Notes: generated from the sequence alone by a model not told the origin. A DNA stretch of 64,000 bases from an uncultured Gemmatimonadales bacterium (GCA_963850905.1 CAWKMU010000003.1:1568001-1632000); one strand, 5' to 3'. Counted from the first letter of the stretch, positions 9,435 to 19,910 are shown. Numbers and translations: made by a program.

Positions 9435-10968
9435 GATTGAACCGCTTGGGGGTTCCCGCCAACGCAACGAACCGCTCCCCCCAATCGCGGTCGAGCGTAT
9501 AGTACCGCGCCAGCAAGGAAACCGGTGGGGTTTCCTTCTCGAGCGGAATGTTCGTCAGCACGTACGCCTGGCCAGCAGGATGGACGACCGGCCCAAGCAG
9601 CTGCCACGCGCGCGTGCGATCGGCTTGTGTGTGTCCGGGTCCGCGACCCATGTCCTCGAGCGCCACCCAATGCTCGGCCGGCTCGAATAGCGGCACTCCG
9701 CTCGTCTGACCGATGTCCGGCGCGTACACGGGGGCGCCGAGCGCCCGCACCGCGGCGACGAAGTCCGCGTAGGCCGCGCGGGCGTCGGGCTCCGGTACGA
9801 TCGCGCGTCGAGGATCGTACAGCAGCGGCAGCATGACACAGACGGCGCCGAGCTGAGGGGCCGCTCGCGCCCAGGTTGGCCTATGCTTCACGGCTTCCGC
9901 CAGACGGCCAAGGCCGATCATGGCAAGTACGAGCGTAAAGGCACCGAAGGGGATGAAGACGTTGTTGGCCGATCCCCAGTCGAGCGCGCCCATGACCGCC
10001 GACGCAGCGCCCGCGATGAACTGCGCATCCCACGCGGTGAAACGCGTCTGTATCCGCCTAACGTCGATCAGGAACGTGAGTCCGGCGAACAGGAGCGCAA
10101 ACGGGTACCACACGCCGAAGTAGCGCACGAGCCGGATCACCATATCGAATCCGACGCGCGACCACCCGCGTGGCACCGACCAGGTGAAGTAATGGAACGC
10201 TGGCCCAAACGGCCACTGGACTGCCGCCACGTACGCGACGGGGCCGAGCAGCATCGCGATCGCCCAATACGGTATCGATCGGCGCCACCCTTCGCGCCAA
10301 GTCAAATACAGCACGCCCGCCATCGCGAAGAGTGCACCATGCTGCTTGAACCAGAACGACAGGACGAGCACGGCGACGCCAACCATCCGCGTCCGCCGCG
10401 ATTCCGCCCCGATGAGATACGTGCCCAGCAACGCTGCGCAGAGCATCCAGGAATCCGAATGCGCCGTGTCCAGGTAGGAGTCCATCACGTAGTAGGCGGT
10501 GGCGAAGGCGCCGAGGGCGATCGCGCCCCACCATGTGGATTGCGTCGCTCGACGAACGGCCGCAAAGATCACGAGCCCGCTGCCGGCTTGCCCCAAGATC
10601 GCCACGACCCGGAGCACGCTCAGGTTCGGGCCAAACACCCACATGGCAGGCGCGGCGAGGTAGTAATACAGCGGGTTGTAGGCAAGAGCGACGAACGCCG
10701 GCAAAGGCTGAGGATAGACCGGCTTCCCCGTCGCTGCGCGGACTGCGTGCTGCAGAATCGTCCCTTCCATGAGGTCGAGGTGCAATGGGAAGGGCACATG
10801 ATCGAACCAGAGCCAGATGGTGAACCCGATGGCTGCAACGGCGGCGAAGAGGAGCCACGCGCGCGCCCACGACCGCGCCGTCCCGAGCTCGCCTCGGGCG
10901 AAATCGGCACCGGTCAGGCCAAAGGCCCCGCCGATATACAGGGCACGTATCGCGAGGCCCACCGTCAT
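9367..10968 (-). CDS. GT-C-like polytopic membrane protein (probable glycosyltransferase)
   Basis: PLHLDLMEG...YNPLYYYL, FKQHG motifs, many TM helices; ATGA overlap with the upstream gene. Confidence 0.7.
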   Translation of the reverse strand: MTVGLAIRALYIGGAFGLTGADFARGELGTARSWARAWLLFAAVAAIGFTIWLWFDHVPFPLHLDLMEGTILQHAVRAATGKPVYPQPLPAFVALAYNPLYYYLAAPAMWVFGPNLSVLRVVAILGQAGSGLVIFAAVRRATQSTWWGAIALGAFATAYYVMDSYLDTAHSDSWMLCAALLGTYLIGAESRRTRMVGVAVLVLSFWFKQHGALFAMAGVLYLTWREGWRRSIPYWAIAMLLGPVAYVAAVQWPFGPAFHYFTWSVPRGWSRVGFDMVIRLVRYFGVWYPFALLFAGLTFLIDVRRIQTRFTAWDAQFIAGAASAVMGALDWGSANNVFIPFGAFTLVLAMIGLGRLAEAVKHRPTWARAAPQLGAVCVMLPLLYDPRRAIVPEPDARAAYADFVAAVRALGAPVYAPDIGQTSGVPLFEPAEHWVALEDMGRGPGHTQADRTRAWQLLGPVVHPAGQAYVLTNIPLEKETPPVSLLARYYTLDRDWGERFVALAGTPKRFNHGYPRYVYRYTGAASDTNWVAP

Positions 10969-13640
10969 GGTCCGCACCCCGCTGGGAGGTCGTGGCGTTG
11001 AGCGAGGGTGGCTAGCAGTGCGCCAGCGGCAGCGCGATGCCCCTCGGCGTTCCAGTGCCACGCGTCCGTGAAGTAGACGGGCTGCGGCTCGTGCCGTCGG
11101 AGGGAGTCCGATAGGTCAACGACGGGCAGGCCGACGGATGCAGCCAGTGGGCGAAGCTCGGCGAGTGGCCGATCGAGGTCGTAGGTCCCCGGGTCCGAAA
11201 ACGGTATCCCCGACTGTGGGACGTAAACCAGGTCCGCCCTGCGCGACACCTGGACGGCGCCCGGCACGAACGCAATGACGAGATCCGCGCCGACGCTACG
11301 CGCGGTGTCGCGAATCGAAGTCAGGAACGCCGTCATCCGTGCGATGTTGTCCGGTGCGTACAGTCTGTTCGGCCCGCGACGGAAATACTCGAGCAGCAAC
11401 TTCCATTGGCTCCGACGCGAGGGGTGCCTGCGAATCGCGGAGAATGCGGCGTCGTAATCCTCTGACAGGTGTGTGACGAGCTGCGAACGTCCGAGGAGTG
11501 CGATGCGGCCCAAGCGAGGCCGCACGAGTCCGATGTTCCGGCGACGCGAGGCGGAGTCGATCAAGATGTCCGACCACTCGTTGACGTAGAACTGATAGAC
11601 GATCACGTTGGGACGAAAGAGCGGCCCGAGCTCGCTGATCTCGGGTCCTTCTTCATTCGGGCCGTAGCCCGTCACGCCTCCGTCGATGACTTGCACCGGC
11701 GCCGCGGTCGCGCATCGACTCAACGCAGTCTGCAACAACGCGGGGTACGAGTACTCGTAGTTCAGCCCCTCCGGCATCGTGAACGCGTCGCCGACGGCGA
11801 GGAGCCGATACGTGTTGGGCACCGCGCGGGCCGGCGTGATATCCGGACCCTCGAGCCCCAGCGAGTTCGTGCGGACGACGTAGTCGTAATCGTTGTACCG
11901 TAGTCGTGTGACCCGATTTGGGATGAGGCCGTACGCGCGCGTCGGATGCACCATGAGGGCCGGACGCTCTCCCCAGCCTCCGACCTCGGTCGGCGCAAAT
12001 CGGGCTAACACGCCCTCACCCGCGAGTAACACGACGAGCGTCAGCGCCGCACCACCGGCCCACGCGCGAGCCAGCTCGACGCGTCGCCGCGACAAGAGGG
12101 TCGTCCACGCCGCCAGGACGATGGCGACGAGCGTGGCGAGATAACCGTAGCCAGCCGGCAGCACGAACAGGCTCGCGAATGCGCCCGCGAGCGCCGTGCG
12201 GCGGCAGAACTGTGCGAGGGCAGACTCGCTCGGCGACGCATTTCGCGCCGTCCACTCGAGCCAGCCGCAGAGTACGACGCTCGCGGCGAGAATCACGCAA
12301 AGCGCCCGCTGTGGTCGATCATCGGGTGTCAGGTGGGGCTCGATGACAAGCAGTAGGACTGGAACGACGAACCCGAGGGCGTAGGACAGCGCACGATCCC
12401 GCGTCGCAGCCCAAACGGCGGCATCGCGCTCGACCCACGCGACCAGTCGCTCGACCGCAACCGCGCCCGGGATTGACAACGCCAACACCAGCACGGCTGC
12501 AGTCCCGTGAGCGATCGGTCGCGACCGGAGCAGTTCGGCGGTCCAACGGAGCGGCGTCTGGTGCAGCAGGAATACTGCGTACGACGCGCCGCCCAGCCAC
12601 ATGATCGCGCGGGCCAGTGGTCCGAATCTGCGCACGCCCTGCCAGAGCGCGTAGGCCAGGCCAGTGAGTCCGAGCGTGACGAGCAGGTTCGACACCAACG
12701 CGCCCCACAAGAAGATCGACGCGCCCAGGCCAACGATATAACATGCGGCAGCACCCACGAAGATCCGCAGTGTTCCGCGGTCATCGTCGGACGCAAACGC
12801 GGGTCGCTTGGTCAACCACACCGCCGCACACATGCCCGCCGTGAACTCGGCCAGTCGCGAGCCGAAGAACATGCCAGTGAGCCAGAAGTAGCGGTCGTGC
12901 GACAACTCGATCCCTACTGTACGGGACGCGAGCGTGAACACGAAAGTGGCGACGAAGAACCGGCCGACACCGAGCCGTCCGACTACCCGCCACAGGAACG
13001 GGTAGACGATGTACAGCTGGATGATGAGCCAGACGAACCACCACGACGGCGAGATTGCAAAGAACAGCGATGGCAATCCGCGGAACCCCGTTGCGCTCAC
13101 GAACGTCGATGGCGCCCCGAACGTGAGTGTGCTCGGCACGAGCAAGGCGAGCGTCAGAATGACGAAGTGCATCGCGATGTACAGGGGGTAGAGCCGCGCG
13201 GCACGCCGTCGATAGAATGGTGCGATCTCGAACGGGCCGCCCAGCACACCATCACTGCGGGACAGCGTCGCCAACGTCAGCCCGAGCCCACTTGTGAAAA
13301 TGAACACACCAGGCCCGGCGTCGCCGAGAAAACCAAGGACGCGGACGACCGTCAGCGGCGCGTTCGGGCCGGACAGAAAGAAGGTGTGCAGCCGGGTCGA
13401 CAGCGATGCCGGGAAATTGTTGTCCGGGTTGGTGAACCACGGACCGGGGGCAAACGACTCCACCAGGTGGTTCAGCAGGATCCCGATGATCGCGAATGCC
13501 TTCGCCGCCTCTACCCAGTCGAGGCGGCCGGACCTGCCAACACCAGTCGGCGGCTGAAACGACGAATGAGCGAAGTCGGCGCCGGACTCTACGACGCCGG
13601 CGCCTGGGACACCGACGCCCGCGGCGCCGGTCACCGTCAT
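10965..13640 (-). CDS. acyltransferase-3 (OafA-like) fused to a C-terminal SGNH/AlgX-like domain
   Basis: RLDWVEAAKAFAI..NH, GVFIFTSG, RRAARLYP, WFVWLIIQLY, SYAVFLLH; C-terminal RTNSLG..GDAFT..GVTGYGP..DAWHWN; ATGA overlap. Confidence 0.85.
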   Translation of the reverse strand: MTVTGAAGVGVPGAGVVESGADFAHSSFQPPTGVGRSGRLDWVEAAKAFAIIGILLNHLVESFAPGPWFTNPDNNFPASLSTRLHTFFLSGPNAPLTVVRVLGFLGDAGPGVFIFTSGLGLTLATLSRSDGVLGGPFEIAPFYRRRAARLYPLYIAMHFVILTLALLVPSTLTFGAPSTFVSATGFRGLPSLFFAISPSWWFVWLIIQLYIVYPFLWRVVGRLGVGRFFVATFVFTLASRTVGIELSHDRYFWLTGMFFGSRLAEFTAGMCAAVWLTKRPAFASDDDRGTLRIFVGAAACYIVGLGASIFLWGALVSNLLVTLGLTGLAYALWQGVRRFGPLARAIMWLGGASYAVFLLHQTPLRWTAELLRSRPIAHGTAAVLVLALSIPGAVAVERLVAWVERDAAVWAATRDRALSYALGFVVPVLLLVIEPHLTPDDRPQRALCVILAASVVLCGWLEWTARNASPSESALAQFCRRTALAGAFASLFVLPAGYGYLATLVAIVLAAWTTLLSRRRVELARAWAGGAALTLVVLLAGEGVLARFAPTEVGGWGERPALMVHPTRAYGLIPNRVTRLRYNDYDYVVRTNSLGLEGPDITPARAVPNTYRLLAVGDAFTMPEGLNYEYSYPALLQTALSRCATAAPVQVIDGGVTGYGPNEEGPEISELGPLFRPNVIVYQFYVNEWSDILIDSASRRRNIGLVRPRLGRIALLGRSQLVTHLSEDYDAAFSAIRRHPSRRSQWKLLLEYFRRGPNRLYAPDNIARMTAFLTSIRDTARSVGADLVIAFVPGAVQVSRRADLVYVPQSGIPFSDPGTYDLDRPLAELRPLAASVGLPVVDLSDSLRRHEPQPVYFTDAWHWNAEGHRAAAGALLATLAQRHDLPAGCGP

Positions 13641-15418
13641 GGGCCGATGCCGGCCACCAGCTCGGAGTCGCTGGCTGCGCCTGACCAGGCCAAGGCGCGG
13701 TTCAAGAGGCGCCATTCGCCATCACCGGCGGGTGCATGCGCGTCGGGCGCCTCGATTTCGGCGGCTTCGGGGACCGCGCAGCCCGTCACGCAGGTCGCGG
13801 CAATTCGGCGCACCTCATCGAACTGCACACGTGAGAACGCGTCCGCCGCGAATCGCCCGTTGAGGAACCCGACGAGCGCGCGCACCTCATGCGCGAGTCC
13901 ACGCTCCATCGCCACGAACGCGTCCGAGACGAAATCGATCAAGGCCGGATCGGGCGCGTTGTGACCGCGCCCGATGCCGACGTAGCGCGTCGTCGGGTTC
14001 GCAACCGTGGTCCGCGACCACGCGTTCGCGCCGTCGACGACGCAGCGGAGGCGCGGCGCCGCTTCCAGCACCACGTTCGGGCAATCCACGTAGTCCCGAT
14101 GAGCCGTGCAGATGATCACCGTCTCCGCCCCGGCCATCGCGTCGACCAGGTCGTTCGTGAACTCGGGCGCGAATCCACTCCTGACCAGATTCTGGTCGTC
14201 GCGCTTGACGTAGGGATCGTGCAGCCGCACCCGTGCCCCGCGCTCACGCAGCAGCCGGGCGAGGACGAGTGTCGGGGAGTTTCGCGTATCCTCGGAATTG
14301 AAGCGATACGCGACGCCGAGCAGCGTCACTGCCTGCCGCACGCTCGCCGGGCCGAGTGCACGCTCGGCCAGACGGATGGTCTCCTCAGGCGACTCGTCGT
14401 TGATCCGGCGCGCTTCGAGAATGAGACTGCGCGAGGCGTCGACGTGTGCCTCGAGCGCCCGCCACCAGAGCAGGATCCCGTCCTTGGGCAGGCAATGCCC
14501 GCCGACACCAATGGTGGGCACCAGCAAGCCGCCGCTGGGTACGGCTGTGGGTCGATGGGAGGCATCGTCTGACTGCCCCTGGCGCGTATTCACGGCGTCG
14601 CGCACGGCGTAGAAATCGACGTCGTGCACATCGCACCAGCGCACGACCTCCGCCGCGAACGCGATGCGCACATCGCGATACGCATTCTCGAGCGTCTTCA
14701 CGACCTCCGCCGTCATGCTGTTGGTCGGGTGCAGCGTGCCCTGGGTGACGATCCGACTGTACAAGCGCCGGATGAGCTCGGGCGTGATCGGGTTGAGGCC
14801 GGCCACGATCTTGTCGGATGAGCGGACGCGCTCCACGAGACGCCCCGGCATCACGCGATTGGGGCTATTCCCGAGCAGAATGTCGCGCCCCTCGACCAGC
14901 CCATACCGGGCGAAGTGCTCCCGCACGATGGTCGTCATCGACGACGGCGCCAAGGTCGACTCGAAGATGATGAGCGGCATGTTGCCCTGCGGTCGCGCAC
15001 GGAGGTGCTCGCCCACGCCCGTCAGCGCCTCGAATAACGGGCCGTAGTCCGGGCCGAAGCCGCGTTTGTCGGTCTGCACGCAGACGAGGATCACGTCCGC
15101 GTCGCGAACGGTGGCATAATCGCTCGTCGCGCTCAACAGCCCTGCCTGGACGGACTCCGCCACGACGCGGTCGAGCTCCGGCTCGACCCCTCCGATCGGC
15201 GAGCGACCGGCGTTGATGGCATCGACCTTCCAGCCCGACGTCGGCGACGGGCGCTGGAGCACGACCACTTTGGCCGGATCGGGGGTGCCTTCCCGAATCC
15301 GTGCGTGTGCCAGCAGCGCGGCCATCGGCATCCCGACGATGCCAGGCCCTATGACGACGATCTTGCGGACTTCCCAGCTCGCGCGAGTTGGATGCGCGGA
15401 ATCGAGAGTGAGGGGCAC
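13637..15418 (-). CDS. UDP-N-acetylhexosamine/UDP-glucose 6-dehydrogenase family protein
   Basis: Rossmann VIGPGIVG, FEST, KTLENAYRDVRIAFA, catalytic GGHCLPKD, DTRNSP; start approximated at GTG 15418. Confidence 0.9.
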   Translation of the reverse strand: MPLTLDSAHPTRASWEVRKIVVIGPGIVGMPMAALLAHARIREGTPDPAKVVVLQRPSPTSGWKVDAINAGRSPIGGVEPELDRVVAESVQAGLLSATSDYATVRDADVILVCVQTDKRGFGPDYGPLFEALTGVGEHLRARPQGNMPLIIFESTLAPSSMTTIVREHFARYGLVEGRDILLGNSPNRVMPGRLVERVRSSDKIVAGLNPITPELIRRLYSRIVTQGTLHPTNSMTAEVVKTLENAYRDVRIAFAAEVVRWCDVHDVDFYAVRDAVNTRQGQSDDASHRPTAVPSGGLLVPTIGVGGHCLPKDGILLWWRALEAHVDASRSLILEARRINDESPEETIRLAERALGPASVRQAVTLLGVAYRFNSEDTRNSPTLVLARLLRERGARVRLHDPYVKRDDQNLVRSGFAPEFTNDLVDAMAGAETVIICTAHRDYVDCPNVVLEAAPRLRCVVDGANAWSRTTVANPTTRYVGIGRGHNAPDPALIDFVSDAFVAMERGLAHEVRALVGFLNGRFAADAFSRVQFDEVRRIAATCVTGCAVPEAAEIEAPDAHAPAGDGEWRLLNRALAWSGAASDSELVAGIGP

Positions 15419-15441
15419 AGAGAAAAAGTCGAGAGGAGAGC

Positions 15442-17322
15442 TCAGGCGTCCACGAACTCGCGGAACCACAGCTCGAGGTTGACGAGACCCCACAGGCGAC
15501 GACCGAACGCGAACTCATCGTCCAACAGCCGCTCGACCGCCTGGGGCTCGAAGAGCCCTCGCTCGCGTGCCTGGGCGGACAGCAGGACGTCGGCGAAGAA
15601 GTCACGCGACGCACCCTTGGCCCAGAGATGCAGCGGGACCGGGAAACCCATCTTGTCCTTGCGTTCCGCAATCGTCGCGGGGAGTACGTTCGCGGTCGAG
15701 CGCTTGAGCACGTACTTGAGCTCCCCACCGCGGAATTTCATGCGCGGGGGCATGCTCGTGACGAGATCTGCCAAGCGATGGTCGAGGAGCGGGACGCGCG
15801 ACTCCAGCGACGATGCCATGCTCACGCGATCCTCGACATGCAGCAGCGCCGGCAAGCCGGTCACCAGGTCGAAGTGCGTCATCTTGTTGTAGTACGACTT
15901 CGTGTCCGGGTGATTGAACACGCTCTGGAATCGCGCAAACAGCGCTTCCCGGTCGTACGCGGCTCGAAAATCCTCGCTGAACAGGTCGAGAGAGCCGCCG
16001 CTCCGGTCGATCAGGCGGAAGTAGCGACGGTCCATCGGCTCGAACACGTCGTGCTGCCAGAAGTGCTGCAGCATCGGCGCGTACTGCCGGAGCGCAGGCA
16101 GGTTGGGGATGATCGACTTGAGCGAGACGATGTGCTCGGCCTCCTCGGTGCTCTCGAAGATGGCGCCTTTGATCGCTTGCTCGAGATAGGCAACCAGGTA
16201 CCGTGCGTACCCCCCGAAGATCTCATCGCCTCCCTGGCCGCCGAGGCACACCTTGACGGTCCGTGACGCGCAGCGCGCGACGACGAACTGTGGGAAGAGG
16301 CCGGGTCCAGCGACCGGCTCGTCCATCTGATAGATCATGTCGGGCAGGAGGTCCACGAATTGGCGCTCGGTCGGCACGATCTCGTGCATCCGTGCGCCGC
16401 ACTCGCCGGCGACCTCGCGAGCGTATCGGGACTCATCGAACTCAGGTCCGTCGCGGAACACGCCCGTGAACGTGTGCAACGGATGTGATGCATGCGGCGC
16501 CGCCAACAGCGTCACGATGCTCGAGTCCATCCCGCCGCTGAGGTAGGCGCCGACCGGCACGTCGCTGCGCAGCTGGATGCGTATCGCGTCCTCGAGGAGT
16601 CGGCGGACCTCGACGACGAAATATTCTTCCGTATGGTATGGATCGATCGTGAATCGGGGCTCCCAATAGCCGCGAGTCTCGACGCGTCCGGAGACGAGAT
16701 CGACGAGTTGCCAATGGCCGGGGAGCAACTTGTTGATACCGGTGAACAGCGTGCGCTCGCCGGTCACGAATTGGAAGGTGAGATACTCCCGGACCGCATC
16801 GAAGTCGGGCTGGACGGTCACCGAGGGATGGCGCAAGAGCGCCTTGATCTCGGAGGCAAACAGCAAATGCCGCTCGGATGCGTGGTAGTAGAGCGGCTTG
16901 ATGCCGAAGTGATCCCGCGCCGCGAACACCGTCTGTCGGGCGCGATCGTACAGCAGAAAGGCGAACATGCCGTTCAGCGCCTTGACGCAGTCTGGCCCGT
17001 ACGCGGCATACATCGCGAGAATCACTTCCGTATCGGACTTGGTCTGAAACGTGTGACCGCGGCGGATGAGATCGGCCCGCAACTCCACGTAGTTGTAGAT
17101 CTCGCCATTGAACACGATCGTGAGCGGCCCGACCGTCATCGGTTGGGCGCCGGTGACGAGGTCGATGATGGCGAGCCGTTTGTGATAGAAGCCGAGGGGC
17201 CCGTCGATGAACTCTCCCTCGCCGTCCGGCCCCCGGTGATCGAGGGCCTGCGCCATGTCCGCCAGTATGGCTCGCTCGACCGTCTGGCGGTCCCGGTTGA
17301 TGATGCCGACGATGCCACACAT
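15442..17322 (-). CDS. asnB: asparagine synthase (glutamine-hydrolysing)-like amidotransferase
   Basis: Begins MCGIVG (Ntn Cys2) at 17322; HRGPD, FNGEIYN, RDHFGIKPLYY, LSGGMDSS, GGDEIFGGY. Confidence 0.95.
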   Translation of the reverse strand: MCGIVGIINRDRQTVERAILADMAQALDHRGPDGEGEFIDGPLGFYHKRLAIIDLVTGAQPMTVGPLTIVFNGEIYNYVELRADLIRRGHTFQTKSDTEVILAMYAAYGPDCVKALNGMFAFLLYDRARQTVFAARDHFGIKPLYYHASERHLLFASEIKALLRHPSVTVQPDFDAVREYLTFQFVTGERTLFTGINKLLPGHWQLVDLVSGRVETRGYWEPRFTIDPYHTEEYFVVEVRRLLEDAIRIQLRSDVPVGAYLSGGMDSSIVTLLAAPHASHPLHTFTGVFRDGPEFDESRYAREVAGECGARMHEIVPTERQFVDLLPDMIYQMDEPVAGPGLFPQFVVARCASRTVKVCLGGQGGDEIFGGYARYLVAYLEQAIKGAIFESTEEAEHIVSLKSIIPNLPALRQYAPMLQHFWQHDVFEPMDRRYFRLIDRSGGSLDLFSEDFRAAYDREALFARFQSVFNHPDTKSYYNKMTHFDLVTGLPALLHVEDRVSMASSLESRVPLLDHRLADLVTSMPPRMKFRGGELKYVLKRSTANVLPATIAERKDKMGFPVPLHLWAKGASRDFFADVLLSAQARERGLFEPQAVERLLDDEFAFGRRLWGLVNLELWFREFVDA

Positions 17323-17324
17323 GG

Positions 17325-18351
17325 TTACGCTCGAGAGTGACCCGCGGGCGCGGGAGCAGCCGTGAACGCAGCGGTCGTCGGATGTGACACCCGCCGGCGC
17401 GCGAGTGCCCCGCGCTCGTCGATCGCCCGCGCGTGGGTGCTCATGTTCACGAGACGGAAATGGCGCTGCAGAGCATGTACGACCCGGACGAACAGGTCTT
17501 TCTTGCGCGCGCTGGTCAAGTCCATGCCGGGGAAGAACCGCAGTGCGGGAGCCTGATCCCCACCGAGGAGATCGAGGGGGTGGAGCAGAAAACTCGGCTC
17601 GGTCCCCGTGAGGCGGCAGATCCCGAGTGCCGTCTCGAGATACCCCATCATGGCCGTCTCCGATACGCGGCTCAGATAGAGCAGATAACTCGAGATGGAA
17701 CGGCACCTTGATCCCCGGAATCGTCGTCACCGGGATCTCGAGGAGCGTGCGGCCCGAGGGCAGTGACCACCGGTACGGCCGCACTGGCCGGAGGCCGTCG
17801 CGCGCGCCGCCAAAGAGCGTCGCGCGCTCTTCACGCTGTGCGCGCGTGAGCCGGGCAGTCCAGAAGTAGTACGCGCGTGCGAGCGGGCCGAGATAGGTGG
17901 GGAGGGTAGACGCATCGTACAGGTATCCGCGGTCTACGAGGACCTCGAACAGCGCCGGACTCCAGCTGTATCCGGGGCCCCGAAATCCGAGCGTCCGCTG
18001 GCCCGTGGCCGCGTAGATTGCCGCTTCGGCGTCGGCGATCTCCTGTGCGACCCGCTCGGCCGAGTAGCGATTGAGCCAGGGCTCGTGCTCGAATGAGTGG
18101 TTGCCCAGCTCATGCCCTGCGGCGACAGCTGCGCGGAGATGCACGGCATTCGCGGGAACCACCGCATCGCACCCGACGACGAAGAACGTCAGCTGCACGC
18201 CGAGCTGATCAAGGACCGGGAGCACGGTCCCGAAAAAGGCGTCGTAGTACGACGGTCGCCGCTCCCATCCGGCGTCGCCGTGGGTCTTCATGTACGACCA
18301 TTGGTTGTCGACGTCGAGTGAGATGCTCGCGAGAGGCCGGGGGTCGTTCAT
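17325..18351 (-). pseudogene. polysaccharide deacetylase, apparently frameshifted by one extra base near 17691 (pseudogene or sequencing error)
   Basis: SLDVD, GHELGNHSFEH, GFRGPG, YDAS, EIPVT in frame A; removing one base continues FHLSYLLYLS...FLLHPLD in the 17325-17651 frame. Confidence 0.8.
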
Positions 18352-19910
18352 GCGCGGGCCGGGACGATTTGGATGGGGGACGGTCCCCCACTGGCGCGGC
18401 CAGTGTTGTCCTGCGATCGCACTACGGCGTTCGTCACGACGGATGGTCCGGCGCCATTGCGCAAGAGTGGAGCGAGTGCGTCAGCCTGACGCGCGGCGAG
18501 CGCGAGCGTTTCGTTCACATTCAGCGTACCGTAGGCGATCTGCGCAGAGTTGACGACAAACACGTGATCGATTGATGTCGCGAGCGCGGGTAAGAAATCG
18601 CTCGAGTACTTCAGGGTGGAGATCGCTTGCACGTCTCGGGCCCGGGCGACGCGTGAGGCAATCACGTCGTCCACCCGGAAATCGGGATACATGCGAGCCA
18701 GTCCCTCGATCGACTCGCTCAGGATCGAACTGTCACTCCGTTGCCAGGTCGGGTCGCTCTGCGAGAGATAGCGTGGCAGATAGACCAACGTGTGGCCCCC
18801 GAACGTGGAGGGGTCGACCAACGCCGTCATCTCGATGACACCGGTAAAGGGCACCCAGGCGTCGGTGATGTTGGTGACATAGTATCCCGCGAGCGGCCGC
18901 CGGAGCAGCAGCGACGGGCAGATTACTCCCTGGTAAATCACCTTACGCAATCGCTCGCGTTCGGTCGCCGTCAACTGCGGGCACAACGTGGCCACTTGCC
19001 CACACGGGACAGTCAGGACGACGTCGTCGAATCGTTCAGTCCTGCGCTGTTCGGCGTTGGCGCCTTTCTCCTCTCCCCTCTCTCCTTTCTCGCGCGCCCC
19101 TGCGCCCGCACCCGCCGTATCGATCTCGGCGCCATGTCCGTCGCCGCGCACGGCGGTCGCGGGGCGGCTGCAGCGAATCTCGACGCCGCGAGCTTGCACG
19201 GCCGCCCGCAATCGCTGCAGCACCACGGAATATCCGCCCTCGACGTATCCGAACATCTCTCGCTTGAGCCCGGACCGGCGGGCGGCGTACAGGCGAGCGA
19301 TGATGGCCCAGATGAACGCCGCGCTTGCGTCCTGAGCATGCGGGCCGAGCTTGCTGCGCAACAGCGGAAGCCAGATCCGTTCGACGGTGCGGCGTCCCGA
19401 CAGGCGGGTGAGCCACTCGACGGCCGTGATCTTCTCCAGCGGTCGGGGGTCGGTGATGCGCGAGGCCGCGAGGATCGTCCAGGCAAGGCGAGCCTTGGAC
19501 CATAAGCCGAGCGGCGGGAACATCAGGAAGTCGAGGCTGGACGACATCGGCACGAGCCGGCCATCGACGAAGAACCCGGTACGAGTCGTCCGCCAATGCA
19601 GCTGGTCGGCGAGCCCGATTTCCTGCAACAGGTCGCGGAGGTAGCTGTCGGAGAGTAGTGTCACGTGGTAGAAGCGATCCCACGTGACCCCGCCGATGGC
19701 ATCGGCGCTCGCCAATCCGCCAACGGTCGGTGACGCCTCGAGGACCGTCACGCGGTGGCCTTGTTCGACGAGGCGGAGGGCCAGACCCAGGCCGAGCATG
19801 CCGCCACCGACAATACCAACGTGACGGCCCCGTCCGCCTTCTGCGGTGGCCGGTCGCCCGTTCGCCGGCGAGCTCACTGCATCCATCGCGCGCGGCCGTT
19901 CAGCGTACAC
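18348..19910 (-). CDS. FAD-dependent oxidoreductase (protoporphyrinogen/amine oxidase-like family)
   Basis: IVGGGMLG Rossmann motif, E..VGGLA, WDRFYH, FGYVEGG, LVYLPRY. Confidence 0.85.
   Translation of the reverse strand: MYAERPRAMDAVSSPANGRPATAEGGRGRHVGIVGGGMLGLGLALRLVEQGHRVTVLEASPTVGGLASADAIGGVTWDRFYHVTLLSDSYLRDLLQEIGLADQLHWRTTRTGFFVDGRLVPMSSSLDFLMFPPLGLWSKARLAWTILAASRITDPRPLEKITAVEWLTRLSGRRTVERIWLPLLRSKLGPHAQDASAAFIWAIIARLYAARRSGLKREMFGYVEGGYSVVLQRLRAAVQARGVEIRCSRPATAVRGDGHGAEIDTAGAGAGAREKGERGEEKGANAEQRRTERFDDVVLTVPCGQVATLCPQLTATERERLRKVIYQGVICPSLLLRRPLAGYYVTNITDAWVPFTGVIEMTALVDPSTFGGHTLVYLPRYLSQSDPTWQRSDSSILSESIEGLARMYPDFRVDDVIASRVARARDVQAISTLKYSSDFLPALATSIDHVFVVNSAQIAYGTLNVNETLALAARQADALAPLLRNGAGPSVVTNAVVRSQDNTGRASGGPSPIQIVPARA

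Noticed and set aside
15442..18351. 969-aa deacetylase-AsnB fusion ORF
   Set aside because: Explained by a one-base frameshift; the linker is out-of-frame deacetylase sequence and AsnB has its own MCGI start
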